A DNA stretch of 64,000 nucleotides from Raillietiella orientalis. Taxonomy: Eukaryota. The notes beneath the pieces were generated by a model, which was not told where the DNA came from, made no database searches, and saw only the letters and a list, made by a program, of their open reading frames with translations. This document shows positions 1 to 11,759 of this stretch, one piece after another. The stretch lies in NCBI GenBank assembly GCA_036172245.1, contig JAYWIR010000005.1, forward strand, positions 1,736,001 through 1,800,000. Reading direction: 5' to 3'. The translations under genes and the position numbers were made by a program. The number at the start of each line of letters is the position of its first letter. Within the stretch, counting starts at the first letter, position 1.

Positions 1-606
1 GCTGCCCTCCCCCTCAGGGAAGACTCTCCTTCGCGTACCATGGTTCTCCTCGAGGGGTTGCCTCTTCAGAGGGAAAGAAGCGTGCTGCTCCCTTCGGAGA
101 AACCGGGGAGACGCCCCTTCGGGGTTCTCTTCAGAGGAGGAGGAGGAGGAGGAAACCAGGAGCGCTTCCCTTGCGGGTGCCCTCTGGAGGAGAAATTCAA
201 GGAGTGGATCCTTTCCGGGTTCCTTGCGGAGAAGAAACGGGGAGTGGTCCCGTCCGGGGAGTCTCTCCGGAGGGGACAAGGAAGAGGTTCCCCTCGTGGT
301 TCCCTGCCAAGCGTAAGAGAGGAACGGACTCTTTCCTCCTCCGGAGCCCTTCCTGGATGTATAGGGCGATCCTCCGGGGTGACTCTTCAACTTGAGAGTG
401 ACACGTGCCTTCAGATGGCGTGGACGGTGTTGAAGAGCTTCGTGAGCTCTCCGTAAAGAGGCGAACCAAGAAAAAGACCTCCCCCCCCCAAAAAAAATGA
501 AAAGAAAGCAGCGAAAACAAAAGAAGGATTTCCAGCATCCTGGACCAGTAGTAACGATTTTCCTGTGAGCTCGCTAATGGCTTTCTTTTTTTTTAAAAAA
601 AAAAAG
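1..606 (+). mobile_element. SINE family copy, 3' part (truncated by window start)
   Basis: Contains the family core taccatgg...ctcgaggggttgcctct...ccccttcggggttctcttcagaggag...ggatttccagcatcctggaccagtagtaacg and ends in an A-tract at ~595-606, collinear with 9377-10402. Confidence 0.75.
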
Positions 607-1229
607 TCAGGAAAAGCTGGATCGATGCTCTAGGCTCACGGGTTTTGCTGGTTCCCGGGCGCACGTGTGCCACCGAACGGCTTAGGTACTTTCGGTACAG
701 GAAATTTGTAGATGGCCTTGAACTGTGTGGTCTGCGCTGGTCTCGCGCTTCTCTTCATCTCTTCGAACCGAAAGGCCGTTGTCGGGTTCCTTGTAGGTCG
801 CTGCCCCGCTTGTCCAACTGGAGATGCAGGAAATGCTTTGCTCGCGGCGTGCCAAAGCACAGGTGCCGCAGTGCTCTTTCTCCACTTCCCGTGTCCCTTT
901 GTTTACCATCGTGGTCCCTTCTTCAAGTGCTGGAACCTTCTGTGGATTTGAAGGATTTTGTATCTTCCGACTCGCAAGTACATCGCATCGCGAGTACTCA
1001 CTGAATGCTCTGGATTCCTCCTCCGAAAGTTTTCTTGCGCGTGAAAAAGCCGCCCTCTTTTGTTTTTTGCCTCTCATCTTGACGCTGTGTGCGTCTTCCT
1101 GAATCTGTGCGTGCATCTGTGCGTTACCTTTATCTGTGCGAGCGCGATTTGTAGCTCAGGTAGTTTGGATTTGAAGCGACGCTCCTAACGCTCCCGAGGG
1201 ATCGGTAGTTGCCCAGCGATCACCGTATT

Positions 1230-1830
1230 GCTGGATGCTTCGAATCTGCAGCGACTATTGCGGATCCTGCGGTGATGATGCAGGCGGGTGACTCAAGGGA
1301 AACGCGTCGGTCACCCCTCGTGTGCCGGAGTGGCTGCACGGGTCGGTTGTCGTTCTGCCCCCTGTGTTTTGCAAACTGAAGACAAGACAAGCCAGAAGCC
1401 GTCTCTGTATCCCAGCTCCGTATCCTCGCAACGCGTGATGGAAGGTACGAACCGCTCGTTGAATTCCGGCACTGGGACAGTGAGGCGCGGGGCACATTGC
1501 TGTGGCTCGAGCTGCGCTTGCCTGCTGCATTCTCGGTCAAACTGACGCATCTTTGTTTACAGACATGGCAACAGATGCAGCAGCAACAGCAAAACGATCC
1601 GCCTTTTCAGCAGCTAATTTGTATTTCGTTTCCGCCTTTGCCCTCCTAGGTTTCTGTCGGTCTCTTTCGTGACTGTGGAGGTCCAGTCTTCGTGGGATGC
1701 TGCTTGACAAGAACGCGGCCTTGAATCCGAGAGAAGGTGCTGGGCTCAATCCACGAAAGACATGTTCGTGGTCTCGTCACAGTTTAAGAATCAGAACAGT
1801 TCAATAAATGGCCACTCTTCTTCATGTTCC
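1230..1830 (-). mobile_element. Decayed L1/Tx1-type LINE reverse-transcriptase fragment
   Basis: Minus-strand remnants in RT order: FLNCD (RPISLLNxD), QHPTKTG (IHPxQxGF), QFDREC (KAFDRV), RGVTDAFPLS (RGVRQGCPLS). Homologous to 3830-4110. Confidence 0.6.
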
Positions 1831-2241
1831 TCTTGCTCCGTTAGTTAGGGCAGGGCGCCTTGGTCTCGCATGGCAGACGAATACGTTCTCAAAGGTGCGC
1901 CCATGCACTGCGCCTGCCCACGTTCGCGTAGCTGACCAAGTTCGCGGTTGCTCCCGTTCCTCAGGAGGTGCAGTCGTGAACTTGTGAATGCCCTCCTCCC
2001 TTGGGGGTAGGGGGGTGGGTTCTCCTTAAAGGCATGAAAGGAAAAAAAATCTTGCGTCTATCAGTCACGTCTGCTAAATCTGAGCTGGTGGGTGAATGGC
2101 GGCGCTCTCTTTTCTCTACTGAGGACATGCATGGACCGTCTGGGAAGTTTTCCAGGCTCCAGTTCGGTCGCAGGTCACCAGCGTGCTCCCGCGTCCTGCG
2201 TTTCCGCTTGCCGAGGCGCTCAACATCGATGTTTGTTTCAG

Positions 2242-2407
2242 CCGCGGTCTTCATTTCGAAAACGTTTCCATCCTCCTCGAAGGCATCGGCGACATCCTCA
2301 ACAGCATGGGGTTCTACTGGAGAAACGCCAAAGACATTCTGCACTCGCAGTCCGGGGTGTTCCGCGTGAACTGCATGGACTGCCTGGACAGAACAAACAT
2401 CGTGCAA
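2242..2407 (+). CDS. INPP5F: INPP5F/Sac2 phosphatidylinositide phosphatase, first visible exon (SAC catalytic motif)
   Basis: Acceptor tgtttcag|, donor |gtgagt. Encodes RGLHFENVSILLEGIGDILNSMGFYWRNAKDILHSQSGVFRVNCMDCLDRTNIVQ with the SAC-family CX5R(T/S) motif CMDCLDRT at 2372-2395, matching the Sac2-type FRVNCMDCLDRTN signature. Upstream exons not found in the window. Confidence 0.93.
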
Positions 2408-2448
2408 GTGAGTTTTCCGACGGACCGTGTTCGTCGACCGGGTTCCAG

Positions 2449-2610
2449 GCGGCGCTCTCCAGGGCCGTGATGGAAAGTATTTTCCTGAAGTTGAGCATGC
2501 TGATGCCAGGCTGTCCTTTAACGCGGACTTACCTAGAAGCCCACCAGATCCTTTGGGCGAACAACGGTGACGTCATCAGCCGTCAGTATACCGGGACGAA
2601 CGCCTTGAAG
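2449..2610 (+). CDS. INPP5F: INPP5F exon (AALSRAVME...WANNGDVISRQYTGTNALK)
   Basis: Acceptor ttccag|, donor |gtaagc, 162 nt, phase 0/0. WANNGDxISRQYxGTxALK is the conserved SAC post-catalytic motif. Confidence 0.93.
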
Positions 2611-3249
2611 GTAAGCAGCACAGTTTCCGTCGTCATTAGACGACTTGCGGATGCAAATGGCAGGCCCAGATTGCAGTTCTAAGTTCAAGGCATCTCTTGG
2701 GAGTTCCTTGGAAAATTTCTCTTTTTCCCAAGGAACATTCGATCGACGAAAAAGATGATTGAAAGGGTGAATGGAAAGCTCCTTTTGGTGATAACCAGGA
2801 GCCACTGTGCCCCGACGATTCGATCGAGCTGTGGGGGAGGATTTAGCTATATCCCAGATGCCGCGTGGCGTCAGTTGTCAAGTCGGTCGTAGCGGATAAC
2901 GCCGCTCGTGCGCGCTCGTCTGTAAGGGACGGACCGCATTCGATTCCTGCTTTCGGTTTGTTACCGGTTGTCCTTGCGCATTGTCCCGTCCCCCTCGAGT
3001 GTTTCTTCATCTCCGGTTTGTCCTCTCGTAGGGCAATCCATGTCGCATGAGACGATACGTGATGCAGTTTCTCCGTGATCTCAGCAGGTAAGATCACCTT
3101 GGGCCGTGCACGTTGCCAGAAGCAAAAACACTGCCACAATGGAAAGAAACACGTGGGTCTTCTGCGTAGGCAGGATGGCTGGCGCCTGCGGTTTTCCTGA
3201 CGGGACTCCTTCGGCGGCCGCGTGTTGTCTCCGTTTCCGGAAGCTTCGC

Positions 3250-4340
3250 TGCCTAAGGTATCGGGACAGACACTTTCGAAATCCTGGTGTCCCTTTTGAA
3301 AGCCTTGTGTCTTTCCTCGAAATTTTTTTTGCCGACTACCAATGCAAGGACTAATCTTGGTTCCTCTTTGTCGTGCGTGATGCGAAGGAGAGACACTTTG
3401 TGCGGGAGTGCCGCTCGCGGGTCATGTATTAAGGGCGGAATTGGTGCCTCTTGGCGTCGGAAAGCTCGTAAGAGGTAGATGGGAAGGAACTTCAGAGTAG
3501 AGTTTCCCAAAGGGATTTCGGGAAGACACAGAGGGGACACCGCGCTCTCTTCAGATTCTTTAGCACTTTTCACCTTCTCCCTCGCAAGAACCTCGTTTCT
3601 CCTTTTCGACAGCAAAAGAGCATCAGTAGAGCGAGGGATGCCTCCGTGCCCTGTGAACCTGACCTGTCATTCCCGGCAGATCTTGCGCCGGAAGCAAGCA
3701 TCCTCTGAATTCGCTGCAGGCTGTGCTCTGGCCACTCCGTGGAAGAAGGCTGGCTCAGTCACCAGCATACGAATTTTACCTCGGCCATCTTCAACAAAAA
3801 CTAATTTTCTCCATCTCGAAGAAACTTAGTCTTTATTGTAGTCTTCGCTGACGGGGCAACAGCAGCAGCAACAACAAAAGGGATCCATCTTTCCAGCAGC
3901 CACTTTACATTTTATTTCCACCTCCGAGGTTTCTGTCCATCTCACTCTCTCGTGGCTATGGAGATCCAGTCTTCGTGGGATGCTGCTTGACAAGAATGTG
4001 GCCGTGAATCCGAGAGAGGGTGCTGGAATCACTCCACGAAAAGCGTGGCTTTTCCACAGTTTAAGAATCGGGACAGTTCGATCGATGCCTACTCTTCTAC
4101 ATTTTCCACGGGTTTCTCATCCTCTTTCTGTTAGGCGGGATAGAACATCGGCACCATATCCGGAGGTGGGTCAGTCGAGGGTGGGTCCAGTAGATGTTCG
4201 CAAGCAAATCGATCTTAGCCAAAAGGTCTGGAAGCAGACGTACCGTCTGTCCACGGTTGCCCCACATCCCTTCAGTCGACCAGGACCATTGTTCAAAGCT
4301 CTGTGTGACATTCTCCACCTCCGGAGCCACTACTCTACGA
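3250..4340 (-). mobile_element. Decayed LINE RT fragment inside an INPP5F intron
   Basis: Minus-strand ALNNGPG, FQTFW, RFLNCG and QHPTKTG remnants. 3830-4110 is clearly homologous to 1546-1830. Confidence 0.6.
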
Positions 4341-4767
4341 ACTTGGCTGTGGCTGAGGAGAATAACCGACCGTCGGTGTCAGAACAAGAACTGCGGATCT
4401 CAGTGTCCCCACGTTCCGTCGTTTCTTCCTGCGTCGTTGCCTTTTTTTTCTTCCTGAAACCGGTTCCGGTTGGCCCCTTCGTCCGCTCCTCTTCCTCCCC
4501 CCCCCCCTCCTCCCTGCTGTTCTTTCTTTTCGTTCTGTGCCATCGCGCCGCTTCACGCGTGCCGTGCAAAGTGAACACGTGGAGGCGATTGGAAGGCGGT
4601 GCCGTGCGAAGGAGGCGAACACGTCCGAATGCGTTGGTCGGGTTCTCTGGAACCCTTCGCAGTTGTGCATAAAAGTGGTGCCATAAAAAAAAAAAAAAAA
4701 ATGTACTCATAGCACTGTAATGAATCTCAAGTGAAACGGAAAGTATGTTCGGCCATTTTGATTGCAG

Positions 4768-4838
4768 GGAGATTACACCCGCACTGGTGAGAGAAAATTC
4801 ACGGGCGTGATGAAGGATGGCGTCAACTCAGCCAGCAG
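4768..4838 (+). CDS. INPP5F: INPP5F exon (GDYTRTGERKFTGVMKDGVNSASR)
   Basis: Acceptor attgcag|, donor |gttaat. Continues the frame and matches the conserved Sac2 GDFTRTGERKxxGVMKDGVNSAxR segment. Confidence 0.93.
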
Positions 4839-5327
4839 GTTAATTTTCTAACTTGCTCTTCTCCAGCCCCTTGCTCGTCGTCTGCCCGCTCCTCGAGGGG
4901 TTCGCTTTTGCTCCTTGGTGGTCCTGCCGCAGCGAGTGCGCACCTGTCGCGCCACCCTCCCTTCCTGGGGACCCCCACGCGCAGTGTGACCTGCCTTCGC
5001 TGCAATGGAAGCCGCCACGAGATACGCGCTCGCGCACCCTCCTCCCTCCGCTGGCTGTTCTGGAGAGGTGGCCGGCCATTCTTCCGCTTTCACGGGAAAT
5101 TTTCTAGGGCGACGGCCGCCGCAGCTATGTGCTGCCGCACAACCTGCCCGGCCTGTTGCTCCTGGGTCCCGTTGCGGACGGGTGAAAGTCGGAACTCTGG
5201 TCCCTCCTTCAAGAAAGGGGGTTCTTGTCCCCTGCAGTCCTCTTTCCGGCTTCCCAGTACGGAAATCCTTCTCTCTCTGAGTGCTCCCCGTCGCGCGTGC
5301 TTCCCGCTTCACGTGGTGTCTTCGCAG

Positions 5328-5386
5328 GTATTACGTCAGCTGCTTCAAGGATGTGTACAGGCAGGCCGTTTTGGATCTGCTCCAAG
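5328..5386 (+). CDS. INPP5F: INPP5F exon (YYVSCFKDVYRQAVLDLLQG)
   Basis: Acceptor ttcgcag|, donor |gtgagg, phases 2/1 consistent. Matches YYxNxFxDxYRQAxIDL(M/L)QG. Confidence 0.92.
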
Positions 5387-5442
5387 GTGAGGATGCAGCA
5401 GCGTGGCTGTTGCGGCCCCACCCGAGCGCGTCGCGGTTTCAG

Positions 5443-5614
5443 GCAACGTCGTTTCGGAGAATCTGCTGGCCCTCGACAAGGACGCGACCTTGCAGGAGGA
5501 CGCAATGGCGACGGCCGGCCGGGTGTGGCAGTTCCTCGAAGAGTGCCAGAAGATCGTCGTCCCGGGCTCGGACGCCATCATCGGCGTCTGGGCCGTGATT
5601 GACGCGTTGGAGAG
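5443..5614 (+). CDS. INPP5F: INPP5F exon (NVVSENLL...IIGVWAVIDALE), start of hSac2 domain
   Basis: Acceptor gtttcag|, donor |gtgacc, 172 nt, phase 1/2. GxWAxID motif of the hSac2 domain. Confidence 0.88.
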
Positions 5615-5665
5615 GTGACCTCCAGCTCCTCCTTGGGGCGGTGCTTGCTTGACTGGTGGTTTCAG

Positions 5666-5731
5666 CGATCCGAATCAGCAGGAGATGGACACTGTCCTCA
5701 TCGTCACGAAGACGTTCCTGTACATTGTTCG
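5666..5731 (+). CDS. INPP5F: INPP5F exon (DPNQQEMDTVLIVTKTFLYIVR)
   Basis: Acceptor gtttcag|, donor |gtgagt, 66 nt, phase 2/2. Matches the hSac2 DxxLxLT/SxxxxYxxxY segment. Confidence 0.87.
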
Positions 5732-6249
5732 GTGAGTCCCCTACCTGTTGCGATGCCGACCGTGGGGTCATCTCTACCCGCGCGCGAGGAAGGAAGGGTC
5801 TCCCGACGGAAGCTACACCCCGGGGGCTCCCGGTTTGTGTCCTCCTGGTCAGGTCGCACATTCTCGGGTCAGGTTGAGGTGGTTGCATCCCCCGGGGGTG
5901 GGGTGGGGGGGGAACGAAATCTCGAGCCATTCCCATGGTCTCTCGCAGCCTCATCCTCGCCCTGATTGCCCTCCCCCGAAGAGCGTTGGCCCCCGAATGT
6001 CTTCCGCTCCCCTCTGCCTTGCAGCCTTCAACCGAGCCCGTGGCACGTGCTTCGCCCTCCCGTTTGGGAATCCCTCTTCCCTCTTCCGCACTTTCCGCTT
6101 CCTCCCTGCACGCGCCCTCTGCACCTTCGCAGCGGGATCGCGTCTGCCTGCGCCGCGTCCAGGCCTTCCCCAAATTCTTCTGGAGTTTCTTTTTTTTTGC
6201 TTTCGGTTCGTCGTTTCATCCCGCTGCCGCTTCGTTCCGAACCTCGCCG

Positions 6250-6900
6250 CCCACGGGTGCTGTGGTGCGTCACAGGGACGAGCAGAGGGGGAGGAACGTG
6301 GTTTCCTTGGAGACGAGGAGAAGAGCGTTCGCCTCGGTCGTCAGGAGGGCGACTTGCGGTCGTGCCTTGACGCGAAAGAATTCTCGGTCTTTTCTTTTGC
6401 CTCCAGGAGGGGCACATCCACAAGCCGCCTCCGCGCGGGATGCGTTCCCGGCGCAGAGGGAGGGAAAAGTTCGGTCGGACGTCCGCGTGTGTCTCGCAAG
6501 GCGCGCGTTCCCGCCAGCTCGGAGTGGATGACGCCTCTCTCGTCTCCACGGTCTGCACCATCACTGCTACCCTGTCGGATTCAGTGCGCGCGCTTGCAGA
6601 CAAAGGCGTGCGATCCCGAAACGCGTTCGCGAGTAGTGTGCCGAGGCGGCTGCACACGTGCGGACGCGTTTCTGCCTGGGCGAGGAAGCCGAGCGCCACC
6701 AAAGACGCCGGGTTTTGCGTTAGTGGGCTGCTTCAACGCCCTCCCTTCCTCCTCCTTTTGACGTGCAGGAGGAGATGGCGGTCGGCCAGGGTGGCGGCTG
6801 TCAGTTCGCTGGTGTCCTCGCGCAGATGCGCGTACCCCGCTGCCGGTGTCTCTGCGCACCCTCCTGGGCTTGGGAGTCCGGGTGCTGGGGGTGGGCGGGC
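6250..6900 (+). mobile_element. Decayed LINE APE-endonuclease fragment (intronic)
   Basis: QEGDLRSCLDAKE (GGDFNxxLD-like) at ~6340 and LSDS (SDH-like) at ~6575. Weak. Confidence 0.35.
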
Positions 6901-7749
6901 CGGTTTCTTGGGCGCGAGACTCTCGCACGGTTGATCGGGAGGCGACCCGAGGCTCGTCTGGGGTTGACGAACGCTGCGCGGTCGCGGACGGACGGACGGA
7001 CGGCTTGCTGCGAGCTCGTTGCCGCCGCTCGGCCGACTGCTTTTTATGGGTTCCTTGGCGAGCAAGGGGGTTCCCCCCTTCCCCCCCCTCCATGATTCCC
7101 TATTGGCGACCCACCGTGGATTCCAAAGGCAGGAAGCGGTTCGAATCTGAAATTCGGGGTCACATTGAGGTCACAACCGGCGAGAGGTCGAGCGCCGGAT
7201 GCAGTGCAGCGACCGGAGATACTGGAATCCACGCGGAGTTTGGGGGCTCTCCGGAGGTGCAGCTCCCGAAAAGACAGGAAGGCAAAGCAGAGGAGCGCGC
7301 CAGTGCGAGCCCAATGGTCTACTTGAGAGCTGCGAAGGGAGCCGCGACCGTACCCCGGAGACTTTCGGCCCCACCCAGGTGTATCTGAGGCCTCGCCTTG
7401 GGGGATTGGAGACCGCACCCCGGAGGTATTCGAGCTCGTGGGATGTGGGTCCGCGCGCTCTACTTTCTAAGAAAGCGCGCGCGTTTCTTTCCGGGTGGTC
7501 TTGGGGGTTGGGGCGATCTGCCTCCCTCTCCTCCCCCCTCGCCTTCGCTCGCCAGGGCGGCAGCACACCATGTCCTCTTTTCGACTACAACTTGATGGTG
7601 CAAATGTGGGCGTTTGGTTCCCTCCTCCCCTAGCCCCCCTTTCCTCCTGGTATCAGAGACGCAGGGGCTATTCGAACTCTACGCAACTCTTCGCGTCTTC
7701 CCAGACCTTCCTTGCGTCACAGTGAACCAAAGAAATGATGTACAAATAG

Positions 7750-7885
7750 GTACGACGAGGAGGTGGACGGGATACGCGACTGCCAGAAGGTGGACCTGCA
7801 CTGCCTTCGTCTGCTGGAGCTCGGAGAGGAATGCGGTCGGCTGCTCAAGAACCAGCGGGAAATCCACATGAGGATCCATTATTCG
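7750..7885 (+). CDS. INPP5F: INPP5F exon (YDEEVDGIRDCQKVDLHCLRLLELG...MRIHYS)
   Basis: Acceptor aaatag|, donor |gtcaga. YDEEVD, LELG and MRIHY correspond to hSac2 YDDEVD, IEIG and MRLHY. Confidence 0.87.
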
Positions 7886-7956
7886 GTCAGAAGTGCTCCC
7901 GGAAGAAATAGTCTTTCCTAACCATCGATTCTTCTCCACCCCTTCAACCGGAGCAG

Positions 7957-8059
7957 CTGGGTTCCGAAAAAGAGCCGACGTACTCGTGTTTCCGGTCCAC
8001 CAACCTGAGGTTCTTCAACAACACCCCGATACTGATGCGCACCTTCGAAGAAAAACGCG
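7957..8059 (+). CDS. INPP5F: INPP5F exon (LGSEKEPTYSCFRSTNLRFFNNTPILMRTFEEKR)
   Basis: Acceptor gagcag|, donor |gtaagc, 103 nt, phase 0/1. FRSTNLRFFNN resembles invertebrate Sac2 hSac2 sequence. Confidence 0.82.
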
Positions 8060-8599
8060 GTAAGCAGCGGCTCCCCAGGTCGCACCTTCGTTCGACCGCT
8101 CTTGCATGGCCCGAATGAATCCTCTGCCCTACCGTGCGCTTCCCTTGGCCGCGGACTACCGGATCCCCGTGCGGGGAATGGGTGGATGTCGAGGTAGGAG
8201 GAAGATTGTTTGGTTTCGTTTCCTGGGAAACATGGTACCCGAGTGCATCACGGAAGGTCTTTGCAGGGGCGACGGCCGCTGCTGCTGGACTTTTCTGGCC
8301 CGTTCGCCGCTTCGTCTCTTCTGCGATGGTCTCAGCTTCTCTTCATTTCTCGCACGTTTCCTTCAGTGCTCTCGCCGGCGTCTCTTTCTGCTAGAGGGAA
8401 AGGAAGGGGGGTGAGATGGGATTTCCTCACAAGGACTAGACTCGAAACGAGGTCACTCACGTGTTTCATGCATCATCTCTTTGGAAGATGAGTCTGGGGG
8501 CGCACTGCGGCGCGGCCGTCAGAGGGTGTTCCGGGCACAGTTGCCGCGTTTCTTCTAGGCATCCGTGCTTGTTGCTCTCTGAAGGAAAAGATCGGTCCA

Positions 8600-9000
8600 G
8601 TGATGAGGAGTTCGTGTGATCGGAGCCGCGCCTCGGGCCGGCGTATCTCCAAGGGAAAGCCACGCGACGGATTCCCGTGCTTTCTGGAATCCCTTGGTTT
8701 TCCGACCCAGTCACAGGCCGTGCACAGCCTTCTTGACGAGCGAGCTGCTGCTTCCCCGCGATCCATGAAGAAGCAACTCCACTTTCATGGCAGGATCGGA
8801 CGCTCCTTCCCGATTGCCCAATCGCCTGTCCAGCGAATCGTTCGAGGAGCCTCTGCACTTGCACCGAAGAATTCTCAGCACACCAAAGGGGAGCCTGCCA
8901 GGGAAAGCGCGATTGTGCTCTTCCGTGCCCTTCATTGCATCGATCGGCTGGGTGCGTCCGTGCTTCATGTGCTGCTAAATGGATGCTCTTCATTTTCTTC
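8600..9000 (+). mobile_element. Decayed LINE RT N-terminal fragment (intronic)
   Basis: GKPRDGFP (GKSPGxDG-like), PRSMKK, then PIAQ remnants in RT order. Weak. Confidence 0.35.
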
Positions 9001-9376
9001 CGGACTGCAGTGGTGCTCTCCCCGACGGTTCCTAAACTCCGGATTCTTTGACTCTTCCGTTTGCGGTACCAGATGTTACTCGTTGTTTCGGCGTCCTAGT
9101 GACTTGCATTTAGGAACGCTTGCTACGTTTGGGTTCATGCAAGGTCGTTCCTTCCCCGAGAAAGAACGGAAACGTGGTCATTGACCGGTTCTTTTTCAAC
9201 GCTCACCCTTTCACCGGTCATTCCTCCGTCCTTTTTTTTTTTTTTTTCATGTTCCAGCGTCTCCGGAAATGCCTCGCTTCCCGGCGGCCTTGTCTTGTGC
9301 GAGTGCCGCCTGCGCTTGGGCCAAACTTGAGGTGTTCGGAAAAGGGCGTGGGATTTCCACCAAAAGCGGCTGCGGG

Positions 9377-10402
9377 CCCGCGTCGGAGGCTTTGTGGTTA
9401 AGGCTTCCGCGCGTGGCACCAAGCGTCGCGGGTTCGAATACTTCGGCTGAAACTTTGACGCCACTGCGTCGTCGGGTTCAGAGTTTCTCCTGCAATGGCG
9501 CTGGTTGGCCGAGACATTCGGGCGTGGCACCGGAGGTGGATTAAGCCAGAGGCCCCCGATGAAGGCCGGAACAATGGGAGTCGACCTTTGGGTCCTCCCA
9601 GGAATCAAGGAGTGGGGAGTCCCCCCCTCCTGTCCTGCAACGGAGAGCGGACCCCCCCCACCGGGGGACCCTCCGAGTCGTCGCCTCTTCACAGAGTGCA
9701 CAAGGAAGCGAGAGCGATTTCCTGCGGGAAGCTGCAGCGCCCCTTCTGAGTTTCGGAAGCGTCCCTTCGGGGTTCTCTTCAGAGGAGTGAATAAAGGAGC
9801 GGTTCCCTTGCGGGTTCCCTCAGGAGAAGAAATTCCTACAAGCGGATCCTTTCCGGGTTCCCTTCGGAGAAGTTGAAATGAAGTTGAAATGGAGAGGACA
9901 GCCCCTCCCCATTGGTGGGGGGATGTCCCTCCGGAGAGAATGAGGAAGGAGATTCCCTTCGGGGTTCCCCTTCGGAGACAACCAGGGTGGGAGGTGCGAT
10001 CCCCCCCGTCCGGGGGAATCCCTCCTCAAGCGTGAGAGGAACGGACTCCGAGCCCTTCCTGGATTCATAGGGCGGACCCCCATCCCGGGGTGCCCCCTAT
10101 CCTGAAGAATTACACGTCCCCCTGCGGGTTGCCGCGGGCGGAGGGGCGTGGAAACAAAATAGTGTTTAATGTTTAAAAAAAAAGAGCCACGTGCGCCGCG
10201 AGGCACGCGACCGGCTCTGAGGTACTTAGCGAACCAAAAAAAGGAAAACTCTTAAAAAAAAAAAAAAAAAACTGAAAGAAAGCGAATAAGAACAGCAAAG
10301 TCAGAAGAAAAAGAAGAACCCAAGGATTTCCATCGTCCTAGGCCAATAGTAACGATCTCCTCGTGGAGGTCGCTACGGGCCTTTTTAGAAAAAAAAAAAA
10401 AA
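9377..10402 (+). mobile_element. Full-length ~1 kb tRNA-headed SINE with poly(A) tail and target-site duplication
   Basis: 5' tRNA-like gtggttaaggc...cgtggcaccaagcgtcgcgggttcgaat (A/B-box-like), family body, and A-tail at ~10389-10402. Flanked by aaaagcggctgcggg (9362-9376) and aaaagtggctgcggg (10399-10413). Confidence 0.82.
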
Positions 10403-10689
10403 GTGGCTGCGGGGTGCTCCGGTGCGGTGCGGTGGTCTTCGCTTTTCGACGTTCTGGCGTTGTTTTTTCCCGGGCGCCCGAAGACTGAGTCATTGTGGTG
10501 GCTTCTCAAGGGTTGCGATCGCTGACTCAACTCAGAGCAGGCGGGGAAAACCCATGGACGTCATTTGACGTGTCGTAGCCAGGAAGAGCGTCCTTTGGAA
10601 CGTTCTTCCTTGCTGTGGCTGGGACGTCCACGGCCCACCAAAAAAACGGTGCTCCGAGCTGTTCGTCTAGTTGGAAGCTCTCATCGGCT

Positions 10690-11445
10690 CCCGGTGCAGG
10701 TTCGCATCCCCGCGTGGAGGATAAATGCCGAGAACGGGGTGTGTATCGTGGGTCTCGAGTCCCCCCAGGGAATTCGCCCGTCGGCTTAGGAGCCGGAAAA
10801 CGGATGATCTCGTTGTCTGGTCGGCATTGGAAGCGGAACCGCTAGGATCCTTCCGAGAACCAAGGAGAGTTCCCTAAGGGGTGGTTCATCTCCAGTGGCT
10901 GATCCCCCCCACGGTCAGAGGATTGCCTCTCCGGAGTGTAAGAAGCGCGCTGCTCCCTTCAGAGGAATCGGGAAGCATGCTTTAAGGGTTTTCTTCAGAG
11001 GAGAAGTAACGAGGAGCGGATTCCTTCCCTCCGAAGAAGAAATTCCAGGAGCGGATCCTTTCCGCGTTCCCTTCGGAGAAGAAACGAGTCCCTCGCAGGG
11101 GGCCCCTTCAGAGAGGGCAAGGAAGAGGTTCCCCTCGGGCTCTCCCTCCCCCCGGAGCGTGAAAGGAACCGACACTCCTTTCTCTGGAGTCTTTTTGGAT
11201 TCATAGGTTGGTCCCTCCGGGGTGACCCCCCAACTTGAAGAGTCACACGCACCCTCGGGTGAAGTGGACAGCGTCAGAAAGCTTCGTGAGCCTCCGTGAT
11301 GGGGTGGACGGTGTACAGCACCCCTTGAGCATCTCGAAAAGAAAGGCAACCCAGAGAAAAAAAAAGCTGGAAGGAGAGCAGCGAAAACGGAAGGAAACCA
11401 AAGGATTTCCACCGTCTAGCTGGGAGCGCAGGACTCTTTAGAAAG
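10690..11445 (+). mobile_element. SINE family copy
   Basis: Head ggttcgcatccccgcgtggaggat, body gcctctccggagtgtaagaagcgcgctgctcccttcagagg, tail aaggatttccaccgtctag. Confidence 0.75.
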
Positions 11446-11759
11446 AGAAAACGCATGGTGAACGAGTCAGTAGAAAGCCAGGCGATTCGGCACACGCGTA
11501 GGAAGGTCGCGTGAGTCACCTCCGCGTGGGTCAGCTTGTGGGGAGCTTGGGTTCCGTTTGTCAGCCGGGTTCCGCTTCGCAAGCGCAGCCAAATAGCGTG
11601 CAGTGAGACTTCTTTCACGGGGGATTGGTTGCCGTTGACTGCCGACGTGCCCTCTTTGCTTTTGTCACCCTACTGCTGCTGCTTCTGGATGCTGTTTCGT
11701 CGCAGGTGCGGCGACGATCCACGTCAAAGTTCCGAGCTCGGGTACGGTGCCACGCCTTC

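Noticed and set aside
7650..7720. QGLFELYATLRVF as an extra INPP5F exon
   Set aside because: It is out of order relative to hSac2 motifs, and the 5731-to-7750 junction already gives a continuous homologous frame.
9390..9445. Possible tRNA genes at the ggttcgaatccc motifs
   Set aside because: No complete cloverleaf or acceptor stem; each is attached to the same dispersed body, so they are SINE heads.
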